Below, one piece after another: positions 61,069-64,000 of a stretch of DNA of 64,000 bases. Within the stretch, counting starts at the first letter, position 1. Every line of letters begins with the position of its first letter. Under the pieces are notes generated by a model. The model was not told the DNA's origin. It ran no database searches and worked only from the letters and a program-made list of their open reading frames with translations. Source of the DNA: a virus (Duplodnaviria; Caudoviricetes). The position numbers were made by a program, and so were the translations under genes. The stretch spans positions 1-64,000 of IMG/VR virus record IMGVR_UViG_2867134129_000001; one strand, given 5' to 3'.

Positions 61069-62844
61069 ATGCGGCACCTCTTCGGGGGCACCACCTCTGA
61101 TTACGCCATGCAGCAGGTCGGAAACCAACTGCTGCTACGCCCTGCGGTCAACGGCACCGTGTGGGACGCGGTCGTTGGCGGCGTTCAACTCACCGATCTG
61201 ACCGACACCAGCGGCGTGCCGATTACGAGCGTCGTCTCAGCCTCCGACGGGTCCGTCACGTTCTACGGCCCGGAGGAAGTCACCGCCTGTTACGTCGATT
61301 TCGGATTCGGACGCCGATACACGATGATCGCCTCCGACATCGCAAGCACCGTCTCGGCGAAACTCAGCGGACTCGTCGCCGCCGCCGGCGACGACGCGAC
61401 AGCCAAGGCGAACGCGGCGCAGGATGCCGCCATTGCGAGCGCCGCAGTCTCCGCCGCAGCCTTGTATCTACCCAACGCCATCACGACAGTGGATTCCCTC
61501 ATCGGCGCAGCAACCCCGGTCGCTCCGAGATTTTTTGCTCACCGCGGGGGAGGAATGGTCCGCCCTGAACACACCCTCATCGGATACCGAAACTCGGCCG
61601 CCATGGGCTTCCCCCTGGAGGTGTCCGTCAACGTCGACGCCAGCGGCGAGCTGTGGTGCATACACGACGTCACTCTGGACCGCACCACGAACCGCACCGG
61701 CGCCCTCAATACGTACACGACGGAGGAGGTCGGGCAGCAGGTTCTGACGAACAGTCGGCCGATGCTCGGAGCGGGATGGGCTGAGCAGCGACTGGTACCG
61801 CTCCGGCAAGTTCTGGACGAATTCCTGGGTAAGGTGCCGATTCTGCTGGAGCCCAAGGGCAACGATTCTGTAGTGCCGACTCAGCAGATGCTGGACGCCT
61901 CATATCCGCACGCGCCGAGGTCGGTGATCTGGAAAGCTCACATCGGAACGGCCAGCCTGCCGTGGGCGAAGAGCCGCGGGTATCGCACCTGGGTCTACCT
62001 GGATGCCGGGACCTCTGATGCGGCGATTGACGCCAAGGACCAGTACATCGACTACTACGGGGTCCAGACCACGTTCACGGACCTGCGCGTGCAGCAGATC
62101 GTCGCCCGCGGGAAGCCCGTCTTCTGCTGGCCCGTCTACCGGCGTTCCCAGGTTGCTCGTGTGACCGGGCTCGGCGTGGTCGGCATCATGGCCTCTGACC
62201 CGCGGTACGTGTCGACGTCGGCCCCGCAGCGCACTGCGTCCCGGTGGGATCTGCAGATCAAGGAGTCGGGGGGGACGCCGACGATCGACTACGACAACAC
62301 GTATGCCCTGGCGTTCGCCCCGGCCCCGGACGTTGGCTGGGTGAGCATCGCCGCAGTTCCGAACCAGTCGTTCGGGCTGGGGACGTACTGCCCGATCAGT
62401 CCTGGTGCGGGCGGGTACCGGATCTCGTTCGACATGAAGTTCAAGGTGCTGCCCGCGAGCACGCTGCACGGCGGCATCTACTTCGGGAAGCAAAGCGACG
62501 ACGCCTACCGGTTCGGGACGGCGAACGCCACGGGCGGGTACCACCTGGTGCTGCGGGCGAATGGGCAGATGCAGCTGAACAAGCACGCGGCCGGCTCGAC
62601 GACGGGTACGCAGATCGGGTCGACGATCGCAACGTCTGTGCCGGTCGCGGACGCGGCGATGAGTTTCCAGGTGGATGTGACGCCGACGACGGTGGAAGTT
62701 CGGCGGACGGATGGGTCGGGGTGGACGACGGGTCCGGTGGCCGATACGGCTTTCCGGGGCGGCTACTTTGGGCTGTCCAACGGGTCGGTCACTGATGTGG
62801 CGACCCGCCCGTACTGGCGGAATCTGGTGGTGACCCAGCTGTGA
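61069..62844 (+). CDS. Tail protein with glycerophosphodiester phosphodiesterase (GDPD) domain and C-terminal beta-sandwich
   Basis: N-terminal MRHLFGG tail anchor; FAHRGG..PEHTL, CIHDVTLDRTT, LLEPK, GVVGIMASDP. Confidence 0.85.
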   Translation: MRHLFGGTTSDYAMQQVGNQLLLRPAVNGTVWDAVVGGVQLTDLTDTSGVPITSVVSASDGSVTFYGPEEVTACYVDFGFGRRYTMIASDIASTVSAKLSGLVAAAGDDATAKANAAQDAAIASAAVSAAALYLPNAITTVDSLIGAATPVAPRFFAHRGGGMVRPEHTLIGYRNSAAMGFPLEVSVNVDASGELWCIHDVTLDRTTNRTGALNTYTTEEVGQQVLTNSRPMLGAGWAEQRLVPLRQVLDEFLGKVPILLEPKGNDSVVPTQQMLDASYPHAPRSVIWKAHIGTASLPWAKSRGYRTWVYLDAGTSDAAIDAKDQYIDYYGVQTTFTDLRVQQIVARGKPVFCWPVYRRSQVARVTGLGVVGIMASDPRYVSTSAPQRTASRWDLQIKESGGTPTIDYDNTYALAFAPAPDVGWVSIAAVPNQSFGLGTYCPISPGAGGYRISFDMKFKVLPASTLHGGIYFGKQSDDAYRFGTANATGGYHLVLRANGQMQLNKHAAGSTTGTQIGSTIATSVPVADAAMSFQVDVTPTTVEVRRTDGSGWTTGPVADTAFRGGYFGLSNGSVTDVATRPYWRNLVVTQL

Positions 62845-63103
62845 TCCCAGGTGCTGTCGTGGGGATGGTTCCGGCGTTCGCTGGGCTGCGGGCGGACGTG
62901 ACGGCCGCCCGGGGTTCGGAGACGGCTGGGGTGCCGGGCGGGGGAGTGGTGGTGGGCTGGGTGCTGGTCACGGACGAGCAGGCGATAGGCGGAGCCCGGG
63001 TCGATCCTCTCGCGGCGGGTCGGGCGTGGACACCGGACCAGTTCCGGCAGGAGCACGGGCAGCGCCTCGGCGTGCTGGTGGGCGAGGAGGATCCCGAGGC
63101 CGG

Positions 63104-63424
63104 TCACAGGTGGTCCCGCCAGTTCAGGCCGGGCGGGAGTGTCGCAGGGTCTCCGTCCGATCGGGGCACGTCCGGAGTCTCGTACTGCACGACGGTGAGC
63201 GTCATGCCGTCGCCGGTGCGGTCCACGCCGGTGACCTTGCCTGCTGCGAGGACTCTGCCGGTGTTCGGGTCCGTGAAGGCGACGAGTCGGCCGACGAGTG
63301 GGTCAGGGTCGGGTTCGGCACGCCAGGTGCAGTCGCACACCTCGCCGTTGATCAGGAGCCGCTGGCAGTCCGGCTTGGGGCAGCTGATGGCCGACTGGAT
63401 GGGGTCGCCCAGGCGGAAGCTCAC
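63104..63424 (-). CDS. Phage hypothetical protein
   Basis: GAGGAGG RBS, GTGA-coupled. Confidence 0.55.
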   Translation of the reverse strand: MSFRLGDPIQSAISCPKPDCQRLLINGEVCDCTWRAEPDPDPLVGRLVAFTDPNTGRVLAAGKVTGVDRTGDGMTLTVVQYETPDVPRSDGDPATLPPGLNWRDHL

Positions 63425-63618
63425 GGGGCCTCCTCGTGGTGATGGAGCCTGGCGATGACGAGGTTTGATCCCCAGGCTGTGAGCTCGTCGTACTCGCCGG
63501 TGCAGCCCTTCAAGAGGCACACCTTGTCGGGGCGGAGGCGAGGCTTGTGCGGTGCTTCGGCGAGACCAAGTTCGCGCTCCAGGTGGGCGATGCGCTCATA
63601 GTCGGGCTTCACGGTCAC
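63421..63618 (-). CDS. Small phage hypothetical protein
   Basis: GGAGGAG RBS; PDYERIAHLERELG. Confidence 0.55.
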   Translation of the reverse strand: MTVKPDYERIAHLERELGLAEAPHKPRLRPDKVCLLKGCTGEYDELTAWGSNLVIARLHHHEEAP

Positions 63619-63935
63619 GGGGTCTCCTCCGTCGCTGCTGTCGGTGGTTCGCCACGGTACTCGGCGAGGGCTTCGCGGACTCGGTCTTCGCTCCAGTCGC
63701 TGGAGTCCCACCACTCGACGGCTTTCCACACGGCGGTGAGGCGCTGCATGCGCGTGGCGGCCCGGACCTCCCACTGGCGCAGCAGGAGGAGGAGCTCCTC
63801 CGTCTCACGGGCTGCATCCTGGGCGTAGCCAAGCCCCGCAAGGCGAGCCGCCATCTGTTCGAGGTCGTACCTGTGCGAGTTGATGTCCTCAAGATCAGAC
63901 GAGTGGCACAGGTAGTTGTAGCTGCCGCCGCTCAT
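63615..63935 (-). CDS. Phage hypothetical protein
   Basis: GGAGGG RBS; MSGGSYNYL N-terminus common in phage early genes. Confidence 0.7.
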   Translation of the reverse strand: MSGGSYNYLCHSSDLEDINSHRYDLEQMAARLAGLGYAQDAARETEELLLLLRQWEVRAATRMQRLTAVWKAVEWWDSSDWSEDRVREALAEYRGEPPTAATEETP

Positions 63936-64000
63936 GTTCCCTCCGGGTCGATGAGGTCGGCGGCGGTAGCCACGCCTCGGCAGAAGTCGCACCCTGCGGA

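Larger units (their letters stand above)
1..64000. mobile_element. Temperate siphovirus-like prophage / phage-plasmid of a Streptomyces-like host carrying a TraB-type conjugation module (ends not visible in window)
   Basis: Terminase, portal, capsid, tail and tape-measure genes plus phage early genes and traA/traB; no host housekeeping genes anywhere in the window. Confidence 0.9.

Noticed and set aside
60034-62844. Diversity-generating retroelement or shufflon acting on tail fibres
   Set aside because: No reverse transcriptase, template/variable repeat pair or recombinase in the window
1-64000. tRNA, rRNA, integrase or att core
   Set aside because: No cloverleaf or T-loop signatures and no tyrosine/serine recombinase motifs found by eye; they may lie outside the window

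Overview
High-GC actinobacterial (Streptomyces-like) DNA that is almost entirely one large temperate siphovirus-type element or phage-plasmid. No integrase, att site, rRNA, tRNA or CRISPR array is visible. Layout: (1) 1-18.3 kb, a + strand early/replication operon with Cro-like and excisionase-like HTHs, a PD-(D/E)XK exonuclease, a Gp3/RDF-like protein, a DnaQ-like exonuclease, WhiB, a C5 DNA methyltransferase, a replication initiator, HNH and a PAPS-reductase-like gene. (2) 18.3-25 kb, an accessory block with a Panacea toxin-antitoxin pair, a very acidic small protein paired with an Aca2/DUF1870-like HTH under a promoter carrying an operator palindrome (anti-CRISPR/anti-defence candidate), a second replication initiator with iteron-like repeats, a BRO antirepressor, an XRE repressor and two Nudix genes. 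(3) 25-33.4 kb, a Streptomyces conjugation module: repressor switch, DUF2637-like gene, traA, FtsK-like traB, clt-like 8-bp repeats, and two further genes ending in TraB-like winged-helix domains, one fused to a frameshifted GIY-YIG nuclease. (4) 33.5-40 kb, small genes, an HD alarmone-hydrolase-like gene and an operator-guarded operon. (5) 40-62.8 kb, morphogenesis genes split into two divergent arms: minor head, TerS, HNH, TerL and portal on -; scaffold, capsid, tail, tape measure with M23 and SLT domains, and a GDPD tail protein on +. No lysis cassette is seen before convergent small genes begin. Best candidates for new biology: the acr-aca-like cassette, the TraB winged-helix paralogue trio around the clt-like repeats, and the phage/conjugative dual-replicon architecture. 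All family calls are from motif recognition by eye, not database searches.
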